DNA of 57,491 nucleotides from Spirochaetota bacterium (lineage in GTDB: Bacteria; Spirochaetota; UBA4802; UBA5550). Numbering within the stretch: the stretch's first letter is position 1; every line of letters begins with the position of its first letter. The stretch covers positions 1 to 57,491 of the forward strand of contig JBHPHB010000003.1 in the NCBI GenBank assembly GCA_042569985.1, given 5' to 3'. The notes under the pieces are model-generated. The model saw only the letters and a program-made list of their open reading frames with translations. It made no database searches and was not told the origin of the DNA. Shown in pieces: positions 18,646 through 27,716 of the stretch. The position numbers and the translations under genes are program-made.

Positions 18646-21090
18646 TTAAATCTTTCTTTTTAGTACCATTATGGTGAGGTCATCACTGAGGTTTTTGCTG
18701 CCCATAAAGGTGTCAAAATCATTGAGGATGTAATCGAGTATCTCCTGTGCGGAACCATCGGGGCAACTTTCAAATGTAGATTTGAGATGTTCATTTTCAT
18801 ACTGATCATGCTTCATGTTAGTGCTTTCAATTAAGCTGTCCGTATATAATAATAGTGTATCATTTTTTGAAATATGAAAATCCATTTGGTTGTATTCTTT
18901 TTCGAATTGTGTAAAACCAAGGAAGGAGCCCCGTATTTTTTTATCTTTTAAATACATAACTTCCACATCCCCGGAGTCAGCTTTTTTGCAGAGTAAATCT
19001 GTATGGCCTGCATTTACATATTCAACCGTGTCATCATTGAATCTTAAAAGTATACTGGTAATGTAATTATCCACATTATCAATCTCCTGAATAATGTCAT
19101 GGTTAATTAATCCCATAACTATACTCAGGTTTTTTTTATAATTCTCAGTGAAGTGTCTGTAAAAAACAGACCTTGCTATCATGGTAATGAGTGCCGAGGC
19201 AATTCCATGTCCCGATACGTCTGACAGGTTTAGTCCCTGCAGTTTGCCGTTTGATGTATAAAAATCGTAAAAGTCTCCTGAAACACCTGATAGAGGTTTA
19301 AATGAAAAGGCAATATCCCAATCCTTCACTTTTGGGGGTTCTTTTGGGAAGATTGATTTCTGTACATTTATTGCCATGCTTAAGTCTGTTTCAGTAATTC
19401 TCCTTGAGGTAATGAGATTTTCATTTACCGCTTCCAATTCCTCCATTGCCGATTGCAATTCCCTTGTCCTTTTTTTGACCATATTCTCAAGGTTTTCCGC
19501 ATAGTATTTAAGTTCTGACTGGGCTGCTTTAATTGATGAAACCATCTGGTTAAATGAATTTGCAATTAAACCAATTTCGTCTGCGACTTCAAAGGGGATT
19601 TCAGTCTCCAGGTCACCGCTATCAACCTTCTTTAGCCCTTTAAGTAAAATATTCAAACGCCTCATTAAATTGAAGTGAAAGAATATGGGCAGTATTATCA
19701 AGATTGAAATGGCTGCTACAATTAATGAAACAAAAATGTTTTTTGTTACTTTGTGCAACTCTTTTCTGTAATCATGATATTTATATCCCACTTCATATAA
19801 TAAATCATTATGAATAAAGTTATAATAAATATAGTATGTGCTAAAATCCATGACATCATGATAAAATTGTTTCCGGTTGAATTTACTTATTTTATTTTCA
19901 TATTTGATGGCGTTGATTTTGCTAATTGCAATTTTTTTTACTTCTGAAATTGAGACTGGGCCTTTTATTTGGCTAAGGTTTTTTTCTTTTATGATTTGCT
20001 TAACTTTACTTAATAATAATTTTTCCTTCTCTTTTTTATCTCTTTGGTTCAGTATTTTTGCAGATATATTATCGCTTTTATTATACATTAAAGAATAGTT
20101 TTTGGAAAATAATCCTTCATCCAGGGGCCTTGATGCAATGTACTGAATACCTTTGGGCAGCATGTAGTTTATATTTTGCTTGATATCGGCTATGGAGTTT
20201 TTTTCAGAATAGTCCATGAATTTTTGAATATTCATTATTTCCTGGATTCTATGGCCGTTTTGTATTCCTTCCTGCCACGAGATTGTCAAATATCCCATAT
20301 GTGTTACTATTATCAATATTAAGACCAGTGAAATGCCAACCATCTTTACCATAAAGGAAGATTTATTCGGAAAGCTGTGGAGATAGGCAATTGTAATAAA
20401 AAAGTATGAAAATATTGACAGGGGCAGCTGGACAGCCAATCCGGTACTGGATGTAATTGCACCGGTGTAAACTAAAATGCCGAATAATGCTGCTGAAATT
20501 ATAAAAACTATATAAAGAGAAAAGTTTCTGAAGGCAATTGAAACTTTACCTTTTGGTAGAAGTAACATCTTAAAAAAGTTTTCTTTAACCAGGTTGAACT
20601 TTAATTGTTTTCTGATAAAAATTGACAGGGTTAATAAAAGAAAGATTCCCGCTGTTGCACCAACAAAAGGATTTGATAAAACAATGTGCGTCTGGTTATG
20701 GAACCTGAAAATGATGGGATTTTTATAGGAACCATATATAATCATTGTACATGATATAATTAATAAAATTAAGCATATAGTAATTGTTACTATCGATTCT
20801 TTTTTATGAATATTTTTGTAGGAAAAATATGCCCAGGGTATAGTCATAAAAATGGAAATATAGGTAAATATCATTCCGCCGAGAAAAAGACGGATGTACT
20901 GGGGTGAATTTATAGAAAAGAGAAGGAAATTTCTTATAAAGAAAAGACAGAAAACTGAGAGATATATTATGAAAAACCATGAGGCCTTATCTTTTTGCTT
21001 CAGGGTAAGCAGGTATACTATAATGGCAAGGGATAACAGTAAGCTGGCAAGATTATTTAGAGAAATTGGCGTTAATAGAAATTCAGGCAT
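18646..21090 (-). CDS. Multi-TM sensor PP2C-type serine phosphatase (membrane sensor + HAMP + SpoIIE/RsbU-like domain)
   Basis: There are about 8 N-terminal TM helices, a large loop, a further TM, a HAMP-like LKKVDSGDLETEIPFEVADEIGLIANSFNQMV, and then the SpoIIE motifs GVSGDFYDFY and DVSGHGIASAL. Confidence 0.85.
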   Translation of the reverse strand: MPEFLLTPISLNNLASLLLSLAIIVYLLTLKQKDKASWFFIIYLSVFCLFFIRNFLLFSINSPQYIRLFLGGMIFTYISIFMTIPWAYFSYKNIHKKESIVTITICLILLIISCTMIIYGSYKNPIIFRFHNQTHIVLSNPFVGATAGIFLLLTLSIFIRKQLKFNLVKENFFKMLLLPKGKVSIAFRNFSLYIVFIISAALFGILVYTGAITSSTGLAVQLPLSIFSYFFITIAYLHSFPNKSSFMVKMVGISLVLILIIVTHMGYLTISWQEGIQNGHRIQEIMNIQKFMDYSEKNSIADIKQNINYMLPKGIQYIASRPLDEGLFSKNYSLMYNKSDNISAKILNQRDKKEKEKLLLSKVKQIIKEKNLSQIKGPVSISEVKKIAISKINAIKYENKISKFNRKQFYHDVMDFSTYYIYYNFIHNDLLYEVGYKYHDYRKELHKVTKNIFVSLIVAAISILIILPIFFHFNLMRRLNILLKGLKKVDSGDLETEIPFEVADEIGLIANSFNQMVSSIKAAQSELKYYAENLENMVKKRTRELQSAMEELEAVNENLITSRRITETDLSMAINVQKSIFPKEPPKVKDWDIAFSFKPLSGVSGDFYDFYTSNGKLQGLNLSDVSGHGIASALITMIARSVFYRHFTENYKKNLSIVMGLINHDIIQEIDNVDNYITSILLRFNDDTVEYVNAGHTDLLCKKADSGDVEVMYLKDKKIRGSFLGFTQFEKEYNQMDFHISKNDTLLLYTDSLIESTNMKHDQYENEHLKSTFESCPDGSAQEILDYILNDFDTFMGSKNLSDDLTIMVLKRKI

Positions 21091-21337
21091 ATATAACCTA
21101 TATTTAATATGAAAATAAACAACTTATCTTTCTACTGAATAAAGCATGGAATATTCTCTATTTTAATATTTTTAAGATATAATTAATTATTATTCTTGTT
21201 TTTCTCATATTAAGTAAGGCTACTTAAGAAAAAGGGGAATGTCAAGACAAATTTTAACAGTAAACATTATTTAAGTTTCAAATATACATAGTAGTATTTT
21301 AGGATTTTTTAATGTATTTGGGAATTTAAAAAAATAA

Positions 21338-21367
21338 TTGACAATGATTCTCTATCTGGAGTATTTA
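21338..21367 (+). promoter_or_regulatory. Candidate sigma-70 promoter for tRNA-Val
   Basis: TTGACA (21338-21343), an 18-nt spacer, then TATTTA (21362-21367), about 18 nt upstream of the tRNA 5' end. Confidence 0.35.
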
Positions 21368-21384
21368 ATTATTTCTGCTATCTT

Positions 21385-21458
21385 GAGCGATTAGCTCAGT
21401 TGGTTAGAGCGCCTGCCCGACACGCAGGAGGTCGTTGGTTCGAATCCAATATCGCTCA
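21385..21458 (+). tRNA. tRNA-Val (anticodon GAC)
   Basis: Hand-folded cloverleaf: acceptor GAGCGAT/ATCGCTC, D arm GCTC-AGTTGGTTA-GAGC, anticodon arm CCTGC-CCGACAC-GCAGG, variable AGGTC, T arm GTTGG-TTCGAAT-CCAAT, discriminator A. No encoded CCA. Confidence 0.85.
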
Positions 21459-21471
21459 CATTTTATTTTCA

Positions 21472-21498
21472 AGCGGCACAGGAATGTGTCGCTTTTAT
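21472..21498 (+). terminator. Rho-independent terminator after tRNA-Val
   Basis: AGCGGCACA-GGAA-TGTGTCGCT forms a 9-bp stem with one G.T pair, followed by TTTAT. Confidence 0.6.
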
Positions 21499-21609
21499 GT
21501 GTATAAGTTGCTCTTTAGCTTTAATTTTTTGTACTTTACAATTATTACAGGTTATTTTATCTGTCCAGTTAATGTTTTTTGTATATAGTGAAATTAAATT
21601 TTATAAAAG

Positions 21610-23541
21610 TTGGAAAGAGTAGTGGCCAGGAAAATTGAAATAATTTTACCCGATTCTTCGGTTTTAGAAGCTGAAAAAGATACCGTTGTTTATGATATCA
21701 TAGGTATGATAGGAAAAGGGCTTCAGAAAAGCGCCCTCGCTGCCATTGTAAATGATGAACCCGTAGACCTTTCATTTCCAATGACGGATAATGCCAGCTT
21801 GAAAGTAATAACTTTTGACTCCGATGAGGGTAAGGAAGTATTCTGGCATTCAGGGTCTCACCTCATGGCTCATGCGGTTAAAAGGTTATATCCTGACGCG
21901 AAACTGGCAATCGGGCCGTCAATTGAGAACGGGTTCTATTATGATATAGATATGGACAAAAAACTTTCTCCCGAGGATCTACAGACCATTGAAGGGGAGA
22001 TGTTAAAAATAGCAGAAGAAAATCTGGGTATAAAAAGAGAGGTGCTGTCAAAAAAAGAGGCACTTAAGTTATTTACCGATATGAATGAGTCCTATAAGGT
22101 TGAAATGATTGGTGAACTGGATGATGATAATGTATCCGTTTACAGGCAGGGAGATTTTGTTGATTTATGCAAAGGCCCCCATGTTATGACAACCTCCGCC
22201 ATAAAGTCTTTCAGGCTTCTTTCAATTGCCGGTGCTTATTGGCGTGGAGATGAAAAAAATAAAATGCTCCAGCGTATTTATGGAATAGCTTTTCCATCCA
22301 GCAAGGAGTTGAACAGGTATCTTGAGTTTCTTCAGGAGGCAAAAAATCGTGACCACCGTAAATTGGGGAAAGAGCTGGATTTGTTTTCGTTCAATGAAGA
22401 TGTTGGCGCAGGGCTTCCCCTGTGGCATCCCAATGGAGCAGTTTTAAAATTCATTATAGATAAATTCAGTACTGAGGAACACCTTAAAAAAGATTATAAA
22501 CTGTTTAGTGTTCCCCATATAGCAAAGGGTGAACTCTACGAAACTTCGGGTCACCTGGGTTTTTATAATGAAAATATGTATTCTCCCATTGAGATTGACG
22601 GACAGGATTTTTATTTAAAGCCCATGAATTGCCCATCGCAGATAAAGATTTTCACCAGCAGTATTAAAAGTTACAGGGATCTCCCTTTTCGGGGATTTGA
22701 AATGGGAACCGTTTACAGGTATGAGAGGTCCGGAGTTCTTCATGGATTAACCCGGGTTAGGGGATTTACCCAGGATGATGCCCATATATTCTGTACGGAG
22801 GAGCAGCTTGAAGAGGAGATTCAGGGAGTCCTTGAATTTACTTTGGAAATGCTCAATAAATTTGGTTTTGAAAGCCAGAACATATATCTTTCAACAAGAC
22901 CGGAGAAGTCGGTGGGTACAGACCAGCATTGGGAATTGGCAACATCGGCTTTGAAAAAATCTTTAGAAAAGCTTAATATTGATTTCAAGATTGACCCGGG
23001 CGAGGGTGTTTTTTACGGGCCCAAGATTGACATAAAGATAAAAGATGCCATTGGCCGTGAGTGGCAGTGCAGTACCATCCAGGTTGATTTTAACCTGCCC
23101 GAAAGATTTGATGTAAATTATGTTGGAAGTGACGGCGAGAAAAAGAAACCCATCATGATCCACAGAGCCCTGTTGGGCTCACTTGAGAGGTTTATTGGAA
23201 TACTTATTGAACATTATGGCGGCAGGTTTCCTGTTTGGCTTTCACCGGTTCAGGTTGTTTTGATAAGCATTTCTGAAGAACAGTCAGATTTCGTGAGGGA
23301 TCTCAGGGATAAAATGCTTATAGATAATTTCAGGGTTGATTTAGATTTAAGGACCGAGTCAATAAGTTATAAGGTAAGGGATGCTATCTCAAAAAAGGCC
23401 CCCTATATTGGCGTTTTAGGTAAAAATGAAGTTAATGATGGAACTATATCGATCAGAAAGCGCGGGGAGAAAAAACCGGTTATTATGAAGCTTGATGATT
23501 TTATTAATATGCTGAAAGAAAATGTAAATAATTTCCATTAA
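21610..23541 (+). CDS. thrS: Threonyl-tRNA synthetase
   Basis: N-terminal TGS domain (ITLPDSS-like), an editing domain, and class II motifs (FRGFEMGTVYRYERSG, GFTQDDAHIF, RALLGSLERFIG). The track start is TTG 21610; GTG 21622 is an alternative. Confidence 0.93.
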   Translation: MERVVARKIEIILPDSSVLEAEKDTVVYDIIGMIGKGLQKSALAAIVNDEPVDLSFPMTDNASLKVITFDSDEGKEVFWHSGSHLMAHAVKRLYPDAKLAIGPSIENGFYYDIDMDKKLSPEDLQTIEGEMLKIAEENLGIKREVLSKKEALKLFTDMNESYKVEMIGELDDDNVSVYRQGDFVDLCKGPHVMTTSAIKSFRLLSIAGAYWRGDEKNKMLQRIYGIAFPSSKELNRYLEFLQEAKNRDHRKLGKELDLFSFNEDVGAGLPLWHPNGAVLKFIIDKFSTEEHLKKDYKLFSVPHIAKGELYETSGHLGFYNENMYSPIEIDGQDFYLKPMNCPSQIKIFTSSIKSYRDLPFRGFEMGTVYRYERSGVLHGLTRVRGFTQDDAHIFCTEEQLEEEIQGVLEFTLEMLNKFGFESQNIYLSTRPEKSVGTDQHWELATSALKKSLEKLNIDFKIDPGEGVFYGPKIDIKIKDAIGREWQCSTIQVDFNLPERFDVNYVGSDGEKKKPIMIHRALLGSLERFIGILIEHYGGRFPVWLSPVQVVLISISEEQSDFVRDLRDKMLIDNFRVDLDLRTESISYKVRDAISKKAPYIGVLGKNEVNDGTISIRKRGEKKPVIMKLDDFINMLKENVNNFH

Positions 23542-23706
23542 TTTTTTGCTAAAAGTTGTCATTTAATTTTATAAATTGGTATTTTTTTAGGGAATTTTAA
23601 TAAAAATATTGATTTTTTTGATAAATGATTTTTTGTTGAATAGTCGAACAAGCGTTCTGGTGCATATCAGAATATTATATTAAAATAATTTGGAGGTATT
23701 AAAGTA

Positions 23707-24267
23707 TTGATAAGAAGAGGAAGGAGGGATACTCAAAATAGTAAAGCCGATAGTCACAGGATCAATGAATTAATTAGATCAGAAAAGGTCAGGCTCGTTG
23801 GTGAAGATGGAGAACCTAAGGTTATACCCATTGAAGATGCATTGAAGATTGCACGGGAGAAGGAACTTGATCTGGTTGAAATTTCACCTAACCAGGACCC
23901 GCCTGTTGTTAAAATCATTGATTACAGCAAGTTTAGATTTGAACAGATAAAAAAAGCCAAGGAAGCAAAAAAGAAGCAAAAGGTAATACATGTTAAAGAA
24001 ATTAAAATGCGTCCGGCCATAGATATTCATGATTATGAGCACAAAGTTAAACATGCAAAGGAATTCATGGAAAAGGGAGACAGGGTTAAATTTACAATAA
24101 TGTTTAGAGGGCGTGAGTTAACTCATCCGGAATTGGGTTTTGAGTTAATGAAGAGGATTCAGGAAACATTCAAGGATATTGGAGAGCCCGAAAAAAAACC
24201 CGTTAAGGAAGGAAGAAACATTATCATGTATATGAATTTAAAAGGTGATTCCAAGAAAAAGAAATAG
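23707..24267 (+). CDS. infC: Translation initiation factor IF-3
   Basis: INELIRSEKVRLVGEDGE, LDLVEISPNQDPPVVKIIDY and the C-terminal domain. Start is TTG 23707, 10 nt after GGAGG. An in-frame ATT at 23698 sits too close to the SD. Confidence 0.9.
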   Translation: MIRRGRRDTQNSKADSHRINELIRSEKVRLVGEDGEPKVIPIEDALKIAREKELDLVEISPNQDPPVVKIIDYSKFRFEQIKKAKEAKKKQKVIHVKEIKMRPAIDIHDYEHKVKHAKEFMEKGDRVKFTIMFRGRELTHPELGFELMKRIQETFKDIGEPEKKPVKEGRNIIMYMNLKGDSKKKK

Positions 24268-24352
24268 AATACAATTATTTTTTTGATATTAAATATTGCT
24301 GTTTTTAACATTCACTCCTGAAATTAATGCTAATATATCCATAAAGATAATC

Positions 24353-24405
24353 AATTGTCAATTATGTTTATTTTGCCAATCTTCGTATAAATATAATTGA
24401 CAATT
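24353..24405. promoter_or_regulatory. Pair of 13-nt inverted boxes in the infC-rpmI spacer (possible L20-leader structure or operator)
   Basis: AATTGTCAATTAT (24353-24365) and its exact reverse complement ATAATTGACAATT (24393-24405). Each contains the palindrome AATTG-N-CAATT, and the centres are 40 bp apart. Confidence 0.3.
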
Positions 24406-24460
24406 ATTGTTATATATTCGAGTTTGACATTTCTATATTTACAACACCGAGGTGGTAATT

Positions 24461-24658
24461 ATGCCAAAGATGAAAACAAGACGAGGCGCTGCGAAAAGGT
24501 TCAGAATTACTAAAAATGGCAAAGTCATGAAGGCTAGCAGCGGTAAAAGTCATATGCTTGAGAAAAAATCTCCCAAGAGGAAACGCGATTTAAGGGGCGT
24601 TAAGAAGGTAAATGAGTCAGAAGCAGCAAAAATCAAAAAAATGCTGCCTTATGCTTAA
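24461..24658 (+). CDS. rpmI: 50S ribosomal protein L35
   Basis: MPKMKTRRGAAKRF..., 65 aa. Start ATG 24461 follows GAGGTGG. Confidence 0.92.
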   Translation: MPKMKTRRGAAKRFRITKNGKVMKASSGKSHMLEKKSPKRKRDLRGVKKVNESEAAKIKKMLPYA

Positions 24659-24687
24659 ATTCTTAGTCAAATATTAAAGAGGAAAAA

Positions 24688-25038
24688 ATGGCACGAGTAA
24701 GCAGTAGTAAAGTACACCATAAGAGAAGTAAAAAGATATTAAAGGATACCAAAGGCTATATAGGTTCAAGAAGTAAGCTTTTCAGAACGGCAAAGGATGC
24801 GCGGAGAAGGGCTCTGGAGAATTCATATAAAGATCGTCGAAGGAAAAAAAGAGATTTCCGGGCTTTATGGATAATGCGTATTAATGCTGCAACAAGAAAA
24901 TGCGGGATGTCTTATAGTCAGTTCATCAGTGGTTTGAAAACTTCTGAGATAATGATTAATAGGAAAATGCTTGCAGATATTGCAGTCAAAGATATGGATA
25001 CCTTTACCAAAATAGTTGAAAAGGTGAAAGAGAAATAA
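24688..25038 (+). CDS. rplT: 50S ribosomal protein L20
   Basis: MARVSSSKVHHKRSKKILK...RDRRRKKRDFRALWIMRINAA; 116 aa. Confidence 0.93.
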   Translation: MARVSSSKVHHKRSKKILKDTKGYIGSRSKLFRTAKDARRRALENSYKDRRRKKRDFRALWIMRINAATRKCGMSYSQFISGLKTSEIMINRKMLADIAVKDMDTFTKIVEKVKEK

Positions 25039-25090
25039 ATCCCTCATTTGTATATTATTCAAAGTTGTTCAGTAATGCTGAAATATTAGA

Positions 25091-26008
25091 ATGAAGCTTA
25101 TTAAAATTATAAAGATTAGTGCCTTTTGCATGGTGCTAATCTTTTTTTATTGTTTACCCCGCCATGCCAATGCCCTGCCGTTAACTGATACTGTATTCAG
25201 CCTGCAGGACGATAATATTGAATTTCTGTTTAAGGAAGAAATCCATAATCTCCAAAAGGATTACCGTGTAGACCAAACAGGTTTAGGTTTTGGGATTCTA
25301 GATGATCTATCCTTCTGGTTTATTTTTCAATATCTGCATTCGGGAATTATAAAAACTGATGAGGATGTAATTGGTGATACCTTTCTGAGATTATTATATT
25401 ATATTGGTGATTATTATAATGACTCGATACATCTTGCGTTATTGATCAAATTCAGATTTCCAACGGGGAAAAATATTTATTATAACCAGGAATGGAGGGG
25501 ACTGTCACTTGGAAATAGTGAAATTAAAATCGGGTTTGTTTCTCAATTTGATATTATAAAAAGGATCTTTGTTCACTTTAACTTTTCCTATACATTTTTG
25601 CAGGGAATTAATGATAACTTTTATGGAGGTTTTTATTTAAATCCCATTAAGGAAAGTTTCTATACAAAGGTTTTAGGTTTAAATCCTTTTTCCAAGGGTT
25701 CATTTCTATACTGGGAAAGATTAAAAAATGATTATATCACTTTATCATTAGCTGTTAATACAAATGTATTATACCCCTTTATACCTCATATAGAATTATA
25801 TGGTGTCTTTCGTTTTGTAAACAGGGAAGATGAATTGGATTATGTATCTTTTATACCCTGTGAAGCCGATCCTTTGCTGCTTTCGGCAGGCCTGAGATAT
25901 TTTTTTTCTAAATATACATACCTGGGTTTCTACTATATAATAAATCCCATAAAAGTAAAAGATTATATTAGAGATTTATACGGAGTAGATTTTGGGATTC
26001 TATTCTAA
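25091..26008 (+). CDS. Putative outer-membrane beta-barrel protein, function unknown
   Basis: Signal peptide ending HANA-LP, alternating hydrophobic strands, and a C-terminal ...VDFGILF. Confidence 0.55.
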   Translation: MKLIKIIKISAFCMVLIFFYCLPRHANALPLTDTVFSLQDDNIEFLFKEEIHNLQKDYRVDQTGLGFGILDDLSFWFIFQYLHSGIIKTDEDVIGDTFLRLLYYIGDYYNDSIHLALLIKFRFPTGKNIYYNQEWRGLSLGNSEIKIGFVSQFDIIKRIFVHFNFSYTFLQGINDNFYGGFYLNPIKESFYTKVLGLNPFSKGSFLYWERLKNDYITLSLAVNTNVLYPFIPHIELYGVFRFVNREDELDYVSFIPCEADPLLLSAGLRYFFSKYTYLGFYYIINPIKVKDYIRDLYGVDFGILF

Positions 26009-26254
26009 AAGTCAGGTTTGTAATGTTAATGAAATATTAATATATACTTGACTTAATGAAAGTGATCTGTTTAATTGGAAATATAGAGCTTATCAGCAGT
26101 TTTGTGGTAGTGCTTTATGCCGTTATTTAATAAATATTAATTTATTTTTAATTTTAAAAAGTTGCCGGGCAATGTTATGGCCAAATATTCTTTTTAGTTA
26201 TGTTTTGCCGTATTTTTTCCTGGAAGAACGATAATGTTTGATGGAGGTAACACG

Positions 26255-27031
26255 ATGATTACTATGCAGCAGCTTGAAGAACTTGAGAGTAGAGTAGTTA
26301 AAGCACTGCAATTGATTGGTGACTTGAGATCGGAAAATGCAAACCTTGAAAGCGATAATGAATCCCTGAAAGTTGAAGTGGAAGAAGTAAAGTTAAGCCT
26401 TGAAGAAAAGGAACAGGAAATTGAAAGAATAAAGAATGAACTTGAAGAGTCAAATAGAGAACTTCAGGAAATCAAGGAGAAGGAAGAGATCTTAGAGAAG
26501 AAGATAATCGGATTATTGAGTAAGCTTGATGTTATTCAGAGTGAAAATTCTGCTTCCGGTTCTGCAGGTCAGGGCACCCCGGTAGAGATGCAACAGGCAC
26601 CGCCCAGTGAGGAACCGGAACCTCTATCGGAAATGGATGATTCCATAGATGAAGATATGGGTATAGTCACTGACACAGAACCAGAATTTGACGAAACAGA
26701 TGATGACTTAAGCATTGAAACGGTAGATACATCTGAAACTGTTGAAATAGATGACGATGATGAGGATATAATAATAATTGACGATGAATCAGATCTGGAT
26801 GACGAAGAAATTATCCTTGAAACGGAAATGGATGATGAAAGTGATTTGGGAGAAGATGATGATGATGAAATAATTCTCCTGGATGATGATGAAGAAGAGA
26901 TCATAATTGATGATGTAGACGAGGAAACGGTTATAGTTGATGACAGTGATATGGATGATGACGAATCACCTGAAGTCACCCTGGATGATGATGACGAATT
27001 CCTCATAATTGAAGAGGACGATGAAAAATAA
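26255..27031 (+). CDS. Coiled-coil protein (ZapB-like by sequence character and position upstream of zapA) with a ~150-aa poly-acidic tail
   Basis: GGAGG lies 7 nt before ATG 26255. The N-terminal heptad coiled coil reads QQLEELESRVVKALQLIGDLRSENANLE.... The C-terminal half is D/E-rich, broken by short I/L/V runs. Confidence 0.6.
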   Translation: MITMQQLEELESRVVKALQLIGDLRSENANLESDNESLKVEVEEVKLSLEEKEQEIERIKNELEESNRELQEIKEKEEILEKKIIGLLSKLDVIQSENSASGSAGQGTPVEMQQAPPSEEPEPLSEMDDSIDEDMGIVTDTEPEFDETDDDLSIETVDTSETVEIDDDDEDIIIIDDESDLDDEEIILETEMDDESDLGEDDDDEIILLDDDEEEIIIDDVDEETVIVDDSDMDDDESPEVTLDDDDEFLIIEEDDEK

Positions 27032-27060
27032 ATAAACCTACCTTTTGGTGAGGATTCTTA

Positions 27061-27381
27061 ATGGAAACAAATAAAGTTAAAGTTGAGATTTTTGGCAATT
27101 CTTACAATATTCAGGGAGATGCTTCCCCTGAATATATTCAAAAACTGGCTGATTATGTTGATGATAAGATGGAGGAAGTGAGCAAGAATGTTTCGCAGGG
27201 CAATCTTGCTCAAATTGCAATTCTTGTGGCCCTGAATATTGCCGATGAATATCATCAATTAAAAAAGATAACCTCTGGTATTGAAGGTGTTATAGAGGAG
27301 AAAGCTAAATCTTTGATATCCATGCTTGATGAAGGAATGATAGGGGAAATAATCCCGGAGAATAATTCTATTTCAGAATAA
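27061..27381 (+). CDS. zapA: Cell division protein ZapA
   Basis: VKVEIFGNSYNIQGDASPEYIQKLADYVDDKM...AILVALNIADEY; 106 aa. Confidence 0.85.
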   Translation: METNKVKVEIFGNSYNIQGDASPEYIQKLADYVDDKMEEVSKNVSQGNLAQIAILVALNIADEYHQLKKITSGIEGVIEEKAKSLISMLDEGMIGEIIPENNSISE

Positions 27382-27703
27382 TGGCAAGGACTGTTTAGCA
27401 TTTCCGGTATGCAACTTCTTTTACTTCTTAACATTGAATATCCTCATTAGTTAATACACCCTAAATGAAGTTCATTGGATATTTGTTTTTTTCTGCTTTT
27501 TAACTGTCACAATCTTACTTGATGAAATACCACATCAAAATTAAAAAATTCATACATTCAAGTTAAATATGTGCAGTCCAATGGGTATTAATAACCCGCT
27601 TAACTTGTCGATTATATTTTTTAGTTTACATTTTTTATGGTTTTATTTAACATATTTTATGTTATAGTTACTTTATTTTTACACTTTCACTTATATTGTA
27701 GGG

Positions 27704-27709
27704 TATAAT
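27704..27709 (+). promoter_or_regulatory. Consensus TATAAT -10 box 7 nt upstream of the ECF sigma ATG (possible leaderless transcript)
   Basis: TATAAT at 27704-27709, ATG at 27717. There is no Shine-Dalgarno between them and no convincing -35. Confidence 0.3.
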
Positions 27710-27716
27710 TATTAAA

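Noticed and set aside
21400-21588. 62-aa ORF overlapping tRNA-Val and its terminator
   Set aside because: It starts inside the tRNA gene and runs through the terminator hairpin, with no SD. It is spurious.
24397-24429. Two TTGACA hexamers upstream of rpmI as promoters
   Set aside because: Neither has an acceptable -10 hexamer at 16-19 nt spacing. The first is better explained as part of the inverted-box pair.
26569-27006. 145-aa serine-rich ORF on the minus strand
   Set aside because: It is the antisense reading of the GAT/GAA-rich acidic tail of the coiled-coil protein, so it is a compositional artefact.
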